From Mobula hypostoma (Eukaryota), in NCBI RefSeq assembly GCF_963921235.1, contig NC_086108.1, positions 77,254,001-77,318,000 on the forward strand: 64,000 nucleotides of DNA, read 5' to 3'. This document shows positions 24,459 to 36,310 of this stretch, piece by piece. Made by a program: the position numbers and the translations under genes. The notes below the pieces were generated by a model, which saw nothing but the letters and a program-made list of their open reading frames with translations, had not been told where the DNA came from and did not search any database. Every line of letters starts with the position of its first letter. Position 1 is the stretch's first letter.

Positions 24459-27400
24459 GAGATTACTTATTACATACACCTGTTAGGGTGCATTCTCCAG
24501 ATACCTTTTTAGGTAACCGTAGCCTTCAGCCAGGAGCAGATGTCATCAGGTGGTTCACAACCTTTACAGAGTGTCTTGACTCTTAACCACGACACTCTCC
24601 AGTTGGTGGGCCAGCAGTGGTGGCCAAATCACTGCCCATCTGCTCCTGGCTTCCAGCTCCCCTCCTCTCACCAACTCCAAATCCAACAAGAGGCTCGTTC
24701 TGCCTCTTCCTCCATCCTACGAGCTGGTTGTTTTTTGCTCCTTTCATCCAGGCCCAGAGCTGACAACAACTGCCATGCTGATTTGGCTGGGAAACCTCTG
24801 CAGCCGATCTCCACAGGGAACAACCATGCCTGCCATCCCTTGTCTTTACACTCCTGCACTAAGGGCTGGTACTTCAAGGCCTTTATCTCGTGGGCCTCTT
24901 CCCATCCCTTCTCCCATGGCACAGTCAGCTCAACCAGAATTATTTTCCTGTCTTCAGTTGACCACAGTACAATGTCCGGGCATAGGGTTGTGTGCACCAC
25001 ATCCGGGAACTGCAGCCTCCTTCCTACAACGACCCTCATCTCTCAGGACCTGACCATTGGCAGCAGATTGGGCTTTTGTTGTTTGGTTATGAAAGGCCTG
25101 GCTCCCTCTTTGATGAAGGTGATGGCCTTCCTCAAATCTGTGCCAGCTGTCCTCTTCTTGCATCTCTCCTGCTCTAGTGTGTCAGCAAGAGCCAGAAGCA
25201 CCTTATCATGGCGCCACCTATACCATCCTTGAGTTAGAGCTGTTTTACACCTGGACAGTATATGAGCCAGTGCCCCCTTTGACCACAGAGCTTACAGTTC
25301 GGGTCCTCTCTCATCCCCCATGTGTACAGATATAATGGCGAAGGAAGGGTGTCATACACGGATCGCAAGAGGAAGGAAATACGGAAGGGCTCCAGTCTCC
25401 ATAACTCTGCCCATGAGATCTTGCACTTGGGCAGATCCCATTTCGTCCAGGCACCCTGGGACCCTTGTTCCACTGCCTTTGAAATCCGCTTCTCTTCCTC
25501 ACGGATCCGTACTTCTCCCCGTATCATGTCTCACCTGTTCGTTATGCTTGCGTTTCCCCATTTCTGGAAGTGAACTGAGCCGAGGCCCTGCCGCCCGATG
25601 CAGGGGTTGCCGATGAGATCTCGCAGCTTCAGAGAACACACTGCCTCCTCCACAGCTGTGTTGGCTGCCCACTTGCGCCCAGTTCTGGTTGTAACACCTG
25701 CTTGCTTTACCAAGACGTCATTGGAATCTCTCAAGCTTAATAAGGCTCTGCATTTTGCCACCTTGAATTCCTCCACAACAGATGACAGGGGAAGCTGCAG
25801 TTGCCCAGATTGAATATAGAGGCCCACTGAAGAGAAGCGTGGGGGAACTCCTAACCATCTCCACAGGTGCTTGTTGGTTTTCCTCTCGATGCCCTCTACG
25901 GCCGTCATGGGGAACTCATAAAGTGTGAAGAGCCAGAGAAGCCTGGGCAGAATGCCGTATTGGTACAGCCAGGTCTTGAATTTACCAGGAAGTCCAGATT
26001 AGTCGATCTTCTTCAGCCTGTCTGCTTCACAGCATCGGAGACATTGGCCCCATCTGTCAGTGACACATTAAACCACTCTCTCAAGCATTTTATTGGGTTA
26101 TCTTCGATGGAAGGGATGACCTCACCCTGAACTTTGAGGCTAAACTTGCTGGTGACTTTGCCCTTTCTGATCACCATACACCTGGACCTCTTGGCCTTGA
26201 AGGACATCCTCACCCAAGTGGCTACATTGTCCAGGGTATCCAATACCCATCTTTCTTGGACATGTGACACAGTCGTTATAGTGATGTCGTCCATGAACCC
26301 TCGTAGAGCCGGCTGAACAATACCCGACTCCAGTGTCGGGCTGCGGGTTGCATCTTCTGCTGCTGATAACAGGAGGTTCATTCCCATAATAAATAGGGTG
26401 GGGGAGATGGTGCACCCTGTTGGAATCCCCTTCTGGAGGTCCTGCCACCTAGTTGTGAAATGGGCTGATGTAAATCTGAGTTTGAATCCTCCTAGGTAGC
26501 TGGTGATCACGTCTCAAATAGCCACTGGGATGTAGTAGTGGTCAAGTCCTTCTAGGATGAGGTCATGTGGAGTAGACCCGTAGGCGTTCACGAGGTCGAA
26601 CCAGACAACTGTTAGGTCGCCTTTTTTCTGCTTGGCATCACAGATCAAATGGCTAATCATTGAGGTGTGTTCCAGACACTCAGAAAAGCCTGGAATACCG
26701 CCTTTCCGAATGGATGTGTTGATATAGCAGTTCTGCATCATGTAAGAAATCAGCCTTCTTGCGAGCACAGAAAAGAAAATCTTACATTCCACACCTAGGA
26801 GAGAAATTGTCCTAAACTGGGCAATTGTGGAAGAGTACAACGAGTACAAGCCCAGTTCATCCAGTCTTTCTTCATATGAAAGTCCTGCCATCCCAGGAAT
26901 CAATCTGGTGAACCTTCTTTGTACTCCCTCTAAGGCAAGGATGTCTTTCCTCAGATTAGGGGATCAAAACTGCACACAATACTCCAGGTGTGGCCTCACC
27001 AAGGCCTTGTACAACTGCAGTAGTACCTCCCTGCTCCTGTACTCGAATCCTCTCGCTATAAGTGCCAGCATACCATTCGCCTTTTTCACCGCCTGCTGTA
27101 CCTGCATGCCCACTTTCAATGACTGGTGTATAATGACACCCAGGTCTCGTTATACCTCCCATTTTCCTAATTGGCCACCATTCAGATAATAATCTGTTTT
27201 CCTATTTTTGCCACCAAAGTGGATAACTTCATATTTATCCACATTAAATTGCATCTGCCATGAATTTGCCCACTCACCCAACCTATCCAAGTCACCCTGC
27301 ATCCTCTTAGCATCCTTCTCACAGCTAACACTGCCACCCAGCTTTGTGTCATCCGCAAATTTGGAGATGCTACATTTAATTCCCTCATCCAAGTCATTAA

Positions 27401-29107
27401 TATATATTGTAAACAACTGGGGTCCCAGCACTGAGCCTTGCGGTACCCCACTAGTCACTGCCTGCCATTCTGAAAAGGTCCCGTTTATTCCCACTCTTTG
27501 CTTCCTGTCTGCTAACCAATTCTCCATCCACATCAATACCTTACCCCCAATACCGTGTGCTTTAAGTTTGCACACTAATCTCCTGTGTGGGACCTTGTCA
27601 AAAGCCTTTTGAAAATCCAAATATACCACATCCACTGGTTCTCCCCTATCCACTCTACTAGTTACATCCTCAAAAAATTCTATGAGATTCGTCAGACATG
27701 ATTTTCCTTTCACAAATCCATGCTGACTTTGTCCGATCATTTCACCGCTTTCCAAATGTGCTGTTATCACATCCTTGATAACTGACTCCAGCAGTTTCCC
27801 CACCACCGACGTTAGGCTAACTGGTCTATAATTCCCCGGTTTCTCTCTCCCTCCTTTTTTAAAAAGTGGAGTTACATTAGCCACCCTCCAATCCTCAGGA
27901 ACTAGTCCAGAATCTAACGAGTTTTGAAAAATTATCACTAATGCATCCACTATTTCTTGGGCTACTTCCTTAAGCACTCTAGGATGCAGACCATCTGGCC
28001 CTGGGGATTTATCTGCCTTCAATCCCTTCAATTTACCTAACACCACTTCCCTACTAACATGTATTTCGCTCAGTTCCTCCATCTCACTGGACCCTCTGTC
28101 CCCTACTATTTCTGGAAGATTATTTATGTCCTCCTTAGTGAAGACAGAACCAAAGTAGTTATTCAATTGGTCTGCCATGTCCTTGCTCCCCATAATCAAT
28201 TCACCTGTTTCTGTCTGCAGGGGACCTACATTTGTCTTTACCAGTCTTTTCCTTTTTACATATCTATAAAAGCTTTTACAGTCCGTTTATATGTTCCCTG
28301 CCAGTTTTCTCTCATAATCTTTTTTCCCCTTCCTAATTAAGCCCTTTGTCCTCCTCTGCTGAACTCTGAATTTCTCCCAGTCCTCAGGTGAGCCACTTTC
28401 TTTGAATTAGATAGATTGTACACTATGGCTGTGAGTGAGTCGATCACTTTGTGTACTGGACCTGCTAAAGCAACTTCCAGGATGCCGTCTAGATCATCAT
28501 CGAACTGCATCCAGGCGACGTTGTCTGATGATCTAGGCCATTTGATCCTGTCTTTCCTTGACAAATGGATTGAGGTAGACGAAGAGGAACTCACTAGGTT
28601 TGTTGTTTGGTGCTGAGGTGACTCAAGTGTGGAGAGATCTTCAGCTCTGTGGGTTGCTTCCCGGCTGGAATTCTCCTTCGTCTCACCGGACACTAAGTCT
28701 GTGCGTTGCTCTTAGGTCACCATTGATCCACATCTAGACTTCCTCTGGTGTATCTTGAGCCCGCTGATCTTTTTGCAGACTTTCCTGCAATGACATCTTA
28801 CCATGAACTCCTCTCCGGTCAGTTTTGTTTGCTTTAGCTTCCTTGTAGTCGTGTTTCCTATCCTGGCTGTTGCCGGTATGACCATCCTGTTGAGTCTCTC
28901 ATCCCCCCCACCCCTCGGGAGACTCTGGGGGTATTGCTCTTCGTGTTCAGTCGTAGCTTGAGTGGTGCCCTCTTGCGAGTGCTGCCCACAAGGTTGCTAG
29001 CCTTGTGAGCCCGTGCCAGTCTTTCCTGGAGGTCAGCTGTCTCTCTGGTGTCACCAACCTTCCTTGGTTGCCATCCAGTCTTTCCTGGAAGGCACTGGTA
29101 CAACCCA
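24459..29107 (-). mobile_element. HERO-like non-LTR element with restriction-like endonuclease, both ends present, decayed
   Basis: N-terminal CHCRKVCKKISGLKIHQRKSRC zinc finger (~28730-28804); RT FRTISLL, WFDLVNAYGS, KGIPTGCTISP, FMDD; CKLC..H...C knuckle; PDIVLWS...ELTVPWE...KALKY RLE. Confidence 0.88.
26838..28401 (-). mobile_element. young CR1 internal fragment inside HERO
   Basis: ORF 27150-28199 (SGVPQGSVLGP, KFADDTKL); nearly identical to 31705-33270. Confidence 0.95.
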
Positions 29108-30012
29108 GAGATTACTTGTTACATACACCTGTTAGGGTGCATTCTCCAGATACCTTATAAGGTAACCGTAGCCTTCAGCCAGGAGCAGATGTCATCAGGT
29201 GGTCATCAACCTTCACAGAGTGTCTCGACCCTTAACCATGACACTCTCCAGTTGGTGGGCTGGCAGTGGTGGTCAAATCACTGCCCATCTTCTGCTGGCT
29301 TCCAGCTTCCCTCCTCTTGCCTACTCCAAATCCAACAAGAGGCTCGTTCTGCCTCTTCCCCCATCCTACAAGCTGCTTGTTTTTTGCTCCTTTCGTCCAG
29401 CCCCAGATCTGACAAAAACCGCCATGCTGATTCGGCTGGGAAACCCCTGCAGCCGATCTCCACAGGGAACAACCATGCCTGCCATCCCTTGTCTTTACAC
29501 TCCTGCACTAAGGGCTGGTACTTCAAGGCCTTTCTCTCTTGGGCCTCTTCCCATCCCTCCTCCCATGGCACAGTCAGCTCAACCAGAATTATTTTCCTGT
29601 CTTCAGATGACCACGGTACAATGTCCAGGCGGAGGGTTATGTGCACCACATCCGGGAACTGCAACGTCCTTCCCACATTTACCCTCATCTCCCAGGACCT
29701 GGCCGTTAGCAGCGGTTTGGGCTTTGGTTGTTTGGTTATGAAAGACCTGGCTCCCTCTTTGATGAAGGTGATGGCCTTCCTCAAATCTGTGCCAGCCGTC
29801 CTCTTCTTGCATCTCTCTCGCTCTAGTATGTTAGCAAGAGCCAGAAGCACCTTATCATGGCGCCACCTATACTGTCCTTGAGTTAGAGCTGTTTTACACC
29901 CAGACAGTATATGAGCCAGTGTCCCCTTTTGACCACAGAGCTTACAGTTTGGGTCCTCTCTCATCCCCCATGTGTACAGATGTATTGGCGAAGGAAGGGT
30001 GTCATACATGGA
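29108..30012 (-). mobile_element. second, 5'-truncated HERO copy in tandem
   Basis: ORF 29278-30009 with CCHC and RLE; colinear with 24459-25363. Confidence 0.9.
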
Positions 30013-30755
30013 TCATGGGGTCCAAATCCATAGCTCTCTGAAAATACCCATTCAATGTTCAAAGTTCAAAGTAAATTTATTGTCAAAGTACAGATATATC
30101 ACCCTGCAAGTAGATAGGCTGGTAAACAAGGTATATGGCATTTTTGCCTTCATTGGTCAGACAATTGAGTTTAAGAGTAAGGAAGTCATGCTGCAGTTGT
30201 ATAGAACTTTTGCTAAGCTGCATTTGGAGTATTGCTTTCAATTCCGATCATCCCTTTACAGGAAGGATGTGGAGGCTATACAAATGTGCAGAACTGGTTT
30301 GTCAGCACACTGCCAGGATTAGAGAATACCAGCTATGAGGAAAGGTTGAACAAACTTGGGTTGTACTCCCTGGAGCATTGGAGGCTACCAGTAGACAAGA
30401 TAGAAGTTTATTTAATTATGAGAGGCATAGATAGGGTAGACAGTCAGAATCTTTTTCTCCAGGTGCGAGTTTCAAGTACCAGAGGACATGCATTTAGGGT
30501 TAGAGGAAAATAATTTAAAGGAGTTGTGCAGGGCAGGTTTTTCATACCAGGGAGAGGTAGGTGCCTGGAATGGTTTGCCAAGGGTGATGGTGGAAGTAGT
30601 GCTGAGATATCTGTTGGATAGACACATAAATATGCAATGAATGGAGAGACGTGGATCATGTACAGACAGAGGAGATTCAGTCTAATTTCAGCACTGTGTT
30701 TGGTGTGGACAACATGAGGCAAAGAGTTGATTCCTGCACTGTACTATTTTATATC
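30010..30755 (+). mobile_element. old CR1, right part to 3' end
   Basis: DHGVQIHSSLK...LHLEYCFQF...TRGHAFRVRG. Confidence 0.85.
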
Positions 30756-31525
30756 TAGTGGCAGTTGAAACTAAATGCCATGTGGTGGAAAACAGTGGTG
30801 TTGGGGGGAAAATGGAAATGATGGAAAAAAAAAGAAAAACATACAACACAACAGAAATTAATAAGAATTTATTTTAAAGACCCTGGGTTTTGTTGTCATT
30901 TCTGGCACCAATTGATAGTTTTATCAGATGTGCCTTTTGATCAAAGTACACAGGAATCAAACAAAACCACATCATGAAATTTTATATTGCAGAACCTCGT
31001 TTTCAAAAAAATGTTGCTAAAAATTTGAACAATTGACATTTTTCATCTCTTTATGCTCTCCTGTACAAAGAAGGTATGAGTTTACATACTGTTTTCCATA
31101 GGGAATCTTCCCTCTCACTCTCTAGTCAAATCCTTGATCTTTATGACTCTAATAAATACACATCAAAGGAGCTCCTGTTGAAGTCAGGAGATAAGGTGAG
31201 TCCATGAAACCTATTATAAGTTAAAACAAATTTAGTGACAACCTAGCTTTTCCCTTAAACCCAATCATCAGTAGGAAACCTTAGCAAGCTGATTAATAAA
31301 GAACTTTTAGTACTCCTACAATTTTTCATAACTGTTGATCTTTGAGTTCATGGATATATAATCATTTTATATAACAATACGATATCAAAGCAGCCTTACA
31401 CATAAGGTGAGGCTAAAATTTAATTTGAAGTAATAAATAAGCAGCTAGCGACTTAAAGTCTGCTTCTATTCAGGGAAAGGAGTCTGAAATTCCAAGTATC
31501 CCTTTCATCTGGTAGATTAAAGGAC

Positions 31526-33685
31526 ACTTAAAGGATTGACGGTGGATATGCAATGGCAAGCATTTAAAGGTTGCATGGATGAACTACAACAATTGTTCAT
31601 CCCAGTTTGGCAAAAGAATAAATCAAGGAAGGTAGTGCACCCGTGGCTGACAAGAGAAATTAGGGATAGTATCAATTCCAAAGAAGAAGCATACACAGTA
31701 GCCAGAGAAAGTGGCTCACCTGAGGACTGGGAGAAATTCAGAGTTCAGCAGAGGAGGACAAAGGGCTTAATTAGGAAGGGGAAAAAAGATTATGAGAGAA
31801 AACTGGCAGGGAACATAAAAACGGGCTGTAAAAGCTTTTATAGATATGTAAAAAGGAAAAGACTGGTAAAGACAAATGTAGGTCCCCTGCAGACAGAAAC
31901 AGGTGAATTGATTATGGGGAGCAAGGACATGGCAGACCAATTGAATAATTACTTTGGTTCTGTCTTCACTAAGGAGGACATAAATAATCTTCCAGAAATA
32001 GTAGGGGACAGAGGGTCCAGTGAGATGGAGGAACTGAGCGAAATACTTGTTAGTAGGGAAGTGGTGTTAGGTAAATTGAAGGGCTTGAAGGCAGATAAAT
32101 CCCCAGGGCCAGATGGTCTGCATCCTAGAGTGCTTAAGGAAGTAGCCCAAGAAATAGTGGATGCATTAGTGATAATTTTTCAAAACTCGTTAGATTCTGG
32201 ACTAGTTCCTGAGGATTGGAGGGTGGCTAATGTAACCCCACTTTTTAAAAAAGGAGGGAGAGAGAAACCGGGGAATTATAGACCGGTTAGCCTAATGTCG
32301 GTGGTGGGGAAACTGCTGGAGTCAGTTATCAAAGATGTGATAACAGCACATTTGGAAAGCGGTGAAATCATCGGACAAAGTCAGCATGGATTTGTGAAAG
32401 GAAAATCATGTCTGACGAATCTCATAGAATTTTTTGAGGATGTAACTAGTAGAGTGGATAGGGGAGAACCAGTGGATGTGGTATATTTGGATTTTCAAAA
32501 GGCTTTTGCCAAGGTCCCACACAGGAGATTAGTGTGCAAACTTAAAGTACACGGTATTGGGGGTAAGGTATTGATGTGGATGGAGAATTGGTTAGCAGAC
32601 AGGAAGCAAAGAGTGGGAATAAACGGGACCTTTTCAGAATGGCAGGCAGTGACTAGTGGGGTACCGCAAGGCTCAGTGCTGGGACCCCAGTTGTTTACAA
32701 TATATATTAATGACTTGGATGAGGGAATTAAATGCAGCATCTCCAAGTTTGCGGATGACACGAAGCTGGGTGGCAGTGTTAGGTGTGAGGAGGATGCTAA
32801 GAGGATGCAGGGTGACTTGGATAGGTTGGGTGAGTGGGCAAATTCATGGCAGATGCAATTTAATGTGGATAAACGTGAAGTTATCCACTTTGGTGGCAAA
32901 AATAGGAAAACAGATTATTATCTGAATGGTGGCCGATTAGGAAAAGGGGAGGTGCAACGAGATCTGGGTGTCATTATACACCAGTCATTGAAAGTGGGCA
33001 TGCAGGTACAGCAGGCGGTGAAAAAGGCGAATGGTATGCTGGCATTTATAGCGAGAGGATTCGAGTACAGGAGCAGGGAGGTAGTACTGCAGTTGTACAA
33101 GGCCTTGGTGAGACCACACCTGGAGTATTGTGTGCAGTTTTGGTCCCCTAATCTGAGGAAAGACATCCTTGCCATAGAGGGAGTACAAAGAAGGTTCACC
33201 AGATTGATTCCTGGGATGGCAGGACTTTCATATGAAGAAAGACTGGATGAACTGGGCTTGTACTCGTTGGAATTTAGAAGATTGAGGGGGAATCTGATTG
33301 AAACGTATAAAATCCTAAAGGGATTGGACAGGCTAGATGCAGGAAGATTGTTCCCGATGTTGGGGAAGTCCAGAACAAGGGGTCACAGTTTGAGGATAAA
33401 GGGGAAGCCTTTTAGGACCGAGATTAGGAAAAACTTCTTCACACAGAGAGTGGTGAATCTGTGGAATTCTCTGCCACAGGAAACAGTTGAGGCCAGTTCA
33501 TTGGCTATATTTAAGAGGGAGTTAGATATGGCCCTTGTGGCTACGGGGATCAGGGGGTATGGAGGGAAGGCTGGGGCGGGGTTCTGAGTTGGATGATCAG
33601 CCATGATCATAATAAATGGCGGTGCAGGCTTGAAGGGCCGAATGGCCTACTCCTGCACCTATTTTCTATGTTTCTATGTTTCTAT
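31526..33685 (+). mobile_element. young 5'-truncated CR1 LINE
   Basis: Uninterrupted ORF2 remainder, intact 3' UTR, (TTTCTATG)n tail. Confidence 0.95.
31536..33587 (+). CDS. CR1 ORF2 reverse transcriptase portion (endonuclease missing; not a complete gene)
   Basis: 683 open codons: NYRPVSL, QHGF, YLDFQKAFAKV (conserved D changed to A), GVPQGSVLGP, FADD. Confidence 0.85.
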   Translation: MTVDMQWQAFKGCMDELQQLFIPVWQKNKSRKVVHPWLTREIRDSINSKEEAYTVARESGSPEDWEKFRVQQRRTKGLIRKGKKDYERKLAGNIKTGCKSFYRYVKRKRLVKTNVGPLQTETGELIMGSKDMADQLNNYFGSVFTKEDINNLPEIVGDRGSSEMEELSEILVSREVVLGKLKGLKADKSPGPDGLHPRVLKEVAQEIVDALVIIFQNSLDSGLVPEDWRVANVTPLFKKGGREKPGNYRPVSLMSVVGKLLESVIKDVITAHLESGEIIGQSQHGFVKGKSCLTNLIEFFEDVTSRVDRGEPVDVVYLDFQKAFAKVPHRRLVCKLKVHGIGGKVLMWMENWLADRKQRVGINGTFSEWQAVTSGVPQGSVLGPQLFTIYINDLDEGIKCSISKFADDTKLGGSVRCEEDAKRMQGDLDRLGEWANSWQMQFNVDKREVIHFGGKNRKTDYYLNGGRLGKGEVQRDLGVIIHQSLKVGMQVQQAVKKANGMLAFIARGFEYRSREVVLQLYKALVRPHLEYCVQFWSPNLRKDILAIEGVQRRFTRLIPGMAGLSYEERLDELGLYSLEFRRLRGNLIETYKILKGLDRLDAGRLFPMLGKSRTRGHSLRIKGKPFRTEIRKNFFTQRVVNLWNSLPQETVEASSLAIFKRELDMALVATGIRGYGGKAGAGF

Positions 33686-33689
33686 TTCT

Positions 33690-34470
33690 CCTGGCTCTCT
33701 TCTGCTGTCTTCTGGTTAGTCTTTCCATCTCCAGAATACGAACCCCATCCCTATACAGCCAAGTGGTGTGGTCAGCAGCAACCTCCTCCAGGTCCTCGGG
33801 TCTAGCCTTGCACTTCCTTAAGGAATTCTTCATCTGATCCTTATAGCGCTTCTTCGACCCTCCAGCTGGCCGTATAACATTCTTTGGGTAGCCGACATGG
33901 GGGCATCCTTATCACGTGCCCCAGCCACTGCAGCTGGCGCTGGGTGATCATGGCCTCAGTACTTCTGCAGTTGGTCTTTACAAATATTTCAGTGTGAGGC
34001 ACCCACTCATGCCTGGTAATTCCCAGGATGCGCTGGAGGCAGCTTATGTGGAAGCGCTCCAAGGACTTGATGCGACAGCTGTAGGTTACCCAAGCTTCAG
34101 AGCTATAAAGAGGGTGGTGACATGGACCACTTGGTATACGGCGACCTTTGTGGAGGGACGAAGGCTCCTGTTCTGAAAGACTATATGCCAAAGTCTCCCA
34201 AAGGCAGCTGATGCCTGTTTAATGTGGCTCTGGATATCGTTGTCAATGTCGCTATCCTCAGAGAGAATGCTCCCCAGATATTTGAAAGATGGCACTACTG
34301 ACAGCTTTTCATCACCAACTGTGAAGGCAGGTAGAGTGTGTGGGTCACTAGTATTCCATTGGCAAACCTCTTCTGTCTTGGTGGTATTGACAGTCGGCCC
34401 CATCCTGCTGTACGCTCTCACTGTCACAGCAAGGACAGTTTGAAGATCCTCTGGAGTATCAGCCACAAGA
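33690..34470 (-). mobile_element. RTE LINE fragment
   Basis: FKYLGSILS..DIDNDIQSHIKQASAAFGRL; LQWLGHVIRMP..RLPK. Confidence 0.85.
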
Positions 34471-34489
34471 GCACAGTCGTCCTACACGT

Positions 34490-34711
34490 TAAACTCATGA
34501 ACACTACCTCACTTATTAAATATATATTATTTCTGTTTTTTTGCACGATTTTTGATCTATTCAATATACATATACTGCAATTGATTGATTGATTTATTTA
34601 TTATTATTTATTTTTTTCTTCTATATTATGTATTGCATTGAACTGCTGCTGCTAAGTTAACAAATTCCACGGCACATGCCGCTGATAATAAACCTGATTC
34701 TGATTCTGATT
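34490..34711 (+). mobile_element. Rex1/Babar-like 3' UTR end
   Basis: aataaacctgattctgattctgat tail; same family as window ends. Confidence 0.8.
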
Positions 34712-34921
34712 CATTCCTGATAGTGTTTGTTTCCAATCAACTTGAGCAAGCTCCACTCTCATGCCTCTGCTAGTCCCTTTACTCCACTATAATACTGATA
34801 TATTGTATCTGACTTTATCTTCTCCCTCTCAAACTGCAGGGTGAATTCTATCATATTATGTCCAGTGGTTCCTAAGGGTTCCTTTACCTTAAGCTCCCCA
34901 GTCAAATCTGGTTCATTACAC

Positions 34922-36074
34922 CAGCGGTCCCCAACCACCGGGCCGCGAGGAAACCTTTACTCATTCCCTGTCACGCACTGTTGAGGAATTACGTATGCGA
35001 GGTCATTACCCGCGCGTCATCCATGTCAGCACAGGAAGGAGATCAACTCCTCAAGCTTGCAAATGACGGTGGGCTGAAAAGTATGTCTGACATAACATCT
35101 CTGCCGGCATTCTGGATCAAAGTCAAGGCTAAATATCCTGAGATAGCCACGAAAGCATTGAGAACGTTGCTTCCATTTCCAAAATATCTCTGCGAAGCGG
35201 GCTTTTCTGCAATGAATGCAACGAAAACTAAATTGCGGAATAGACTGGACATAAGGAACCCCCTTCGAGTATCACTGTCTCCCATCACCCCTCGACAAGA
35301 CCGTCTTGTTGCAGGGAAACAAGCCCAGGGCTCCCACTGATTCACCGATATTGGTGTGTTGCAATGATCTTATACGTTCATACGGGGAAAATATGTGCTG
35401 TGTGTTTAATATCCAAATGTTACGTAAAATGTTATGATGCTATTGACTTATATAACCATATAACAATTACAGCACTGAAACAGGCCATATTCTGCCCTTC
35501 TGGTCCACGCTGAATGCTACTCTCACTTAGTCCCACCTATCTGCACTCAGCCCACAACCCTCCATTCCTTTCCTGCCCATATACCCATACAATTTTTCTT
35601 TAAATGATAATATTGAACCTGCCTCTACCACTTCTACTGGAAGTTCGTTCACTACTTACTTCAAGCTCCCCTGTCCTCTCCTGATAATTGACTTATCACT
35701 ATACTGATGCGAGGAAAATATGCACTGTGTGTTTAATATTAAATTCATTAGATAACCCCCTTTAGAAAGGAAATTGAGTGTATTAGCCAGTTATTACTGA
35801 TATTCCGATTGTGATTAACACCCCCCCCCCCGCGCCGAACAGAATCGCCAAAAACAATTTGTAGGGAAGAAAATCGGCACGTAAACACATGTGCACTGGT
35901 GCCCGCGCAAGGCTTCATGGTCATTGTAGTCTTTCATGGGGTAAACACAACGTACTTGACTGCTACTCCTGTCCGTTGGGAACCCTACCCCCCCCACCCC
36001 CACAGTCAGCCGGTCTGCAAGAATATTGTCAATATTAAACTGGTCTGCATTCCAAAAAATGTTGGGGACCCCTG
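34922..36074 (+). mobile_element. hAT (Charlie/Buster-type) deletion derivative
   Basis: CAGCGGTCCCCAAC...GTTGGGGACCCCTG TIRs; perfect 8-bp TSD CATTACAC; hATC dimerisation motif FWIKVKAKYPEIA...YLCEAGFS. Confidence 0.93.
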
Positions 36075-36310
36075 CATTACACAACACCCAGTACAAAGTA
36101 CAACGTTTGTAGCTGATACCATAAACTGCTCTAAAAAGCCATCATACAGGCTTTCTACAAATTCCCTCTCATGGGATCCAGATCTAAACTGATTTCCCCA
36201 ATCTACCTGCATATTGAAATTCCCCATGACTATCATAATATTGCCCTTGTTACATGCGTTTTCTATCTCTTGTTGTAATATATATCCAGCATCCAGACTA
36301 CAGTCCATAG

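Noticed and set aside
24540..25232. 230-aa and 277-aa (29048-29881) plus-strand ORFs as paralogous genes
   Set aside because: Antisense shadows of the HERO endonuclease region
31536..33587. Active or domesticated reverse transcriptase
   Set aside because: 5'-truncated, no ATG start or endonuclease, and a conserved Asp is changed (AFAKV); the open frame reflects young age
36214..36310. Signal-peptide-like start on the Penelope ORF
   Set aside because: It is antisense CR1 sequence joined by chance at the insertion site and starts at TTG
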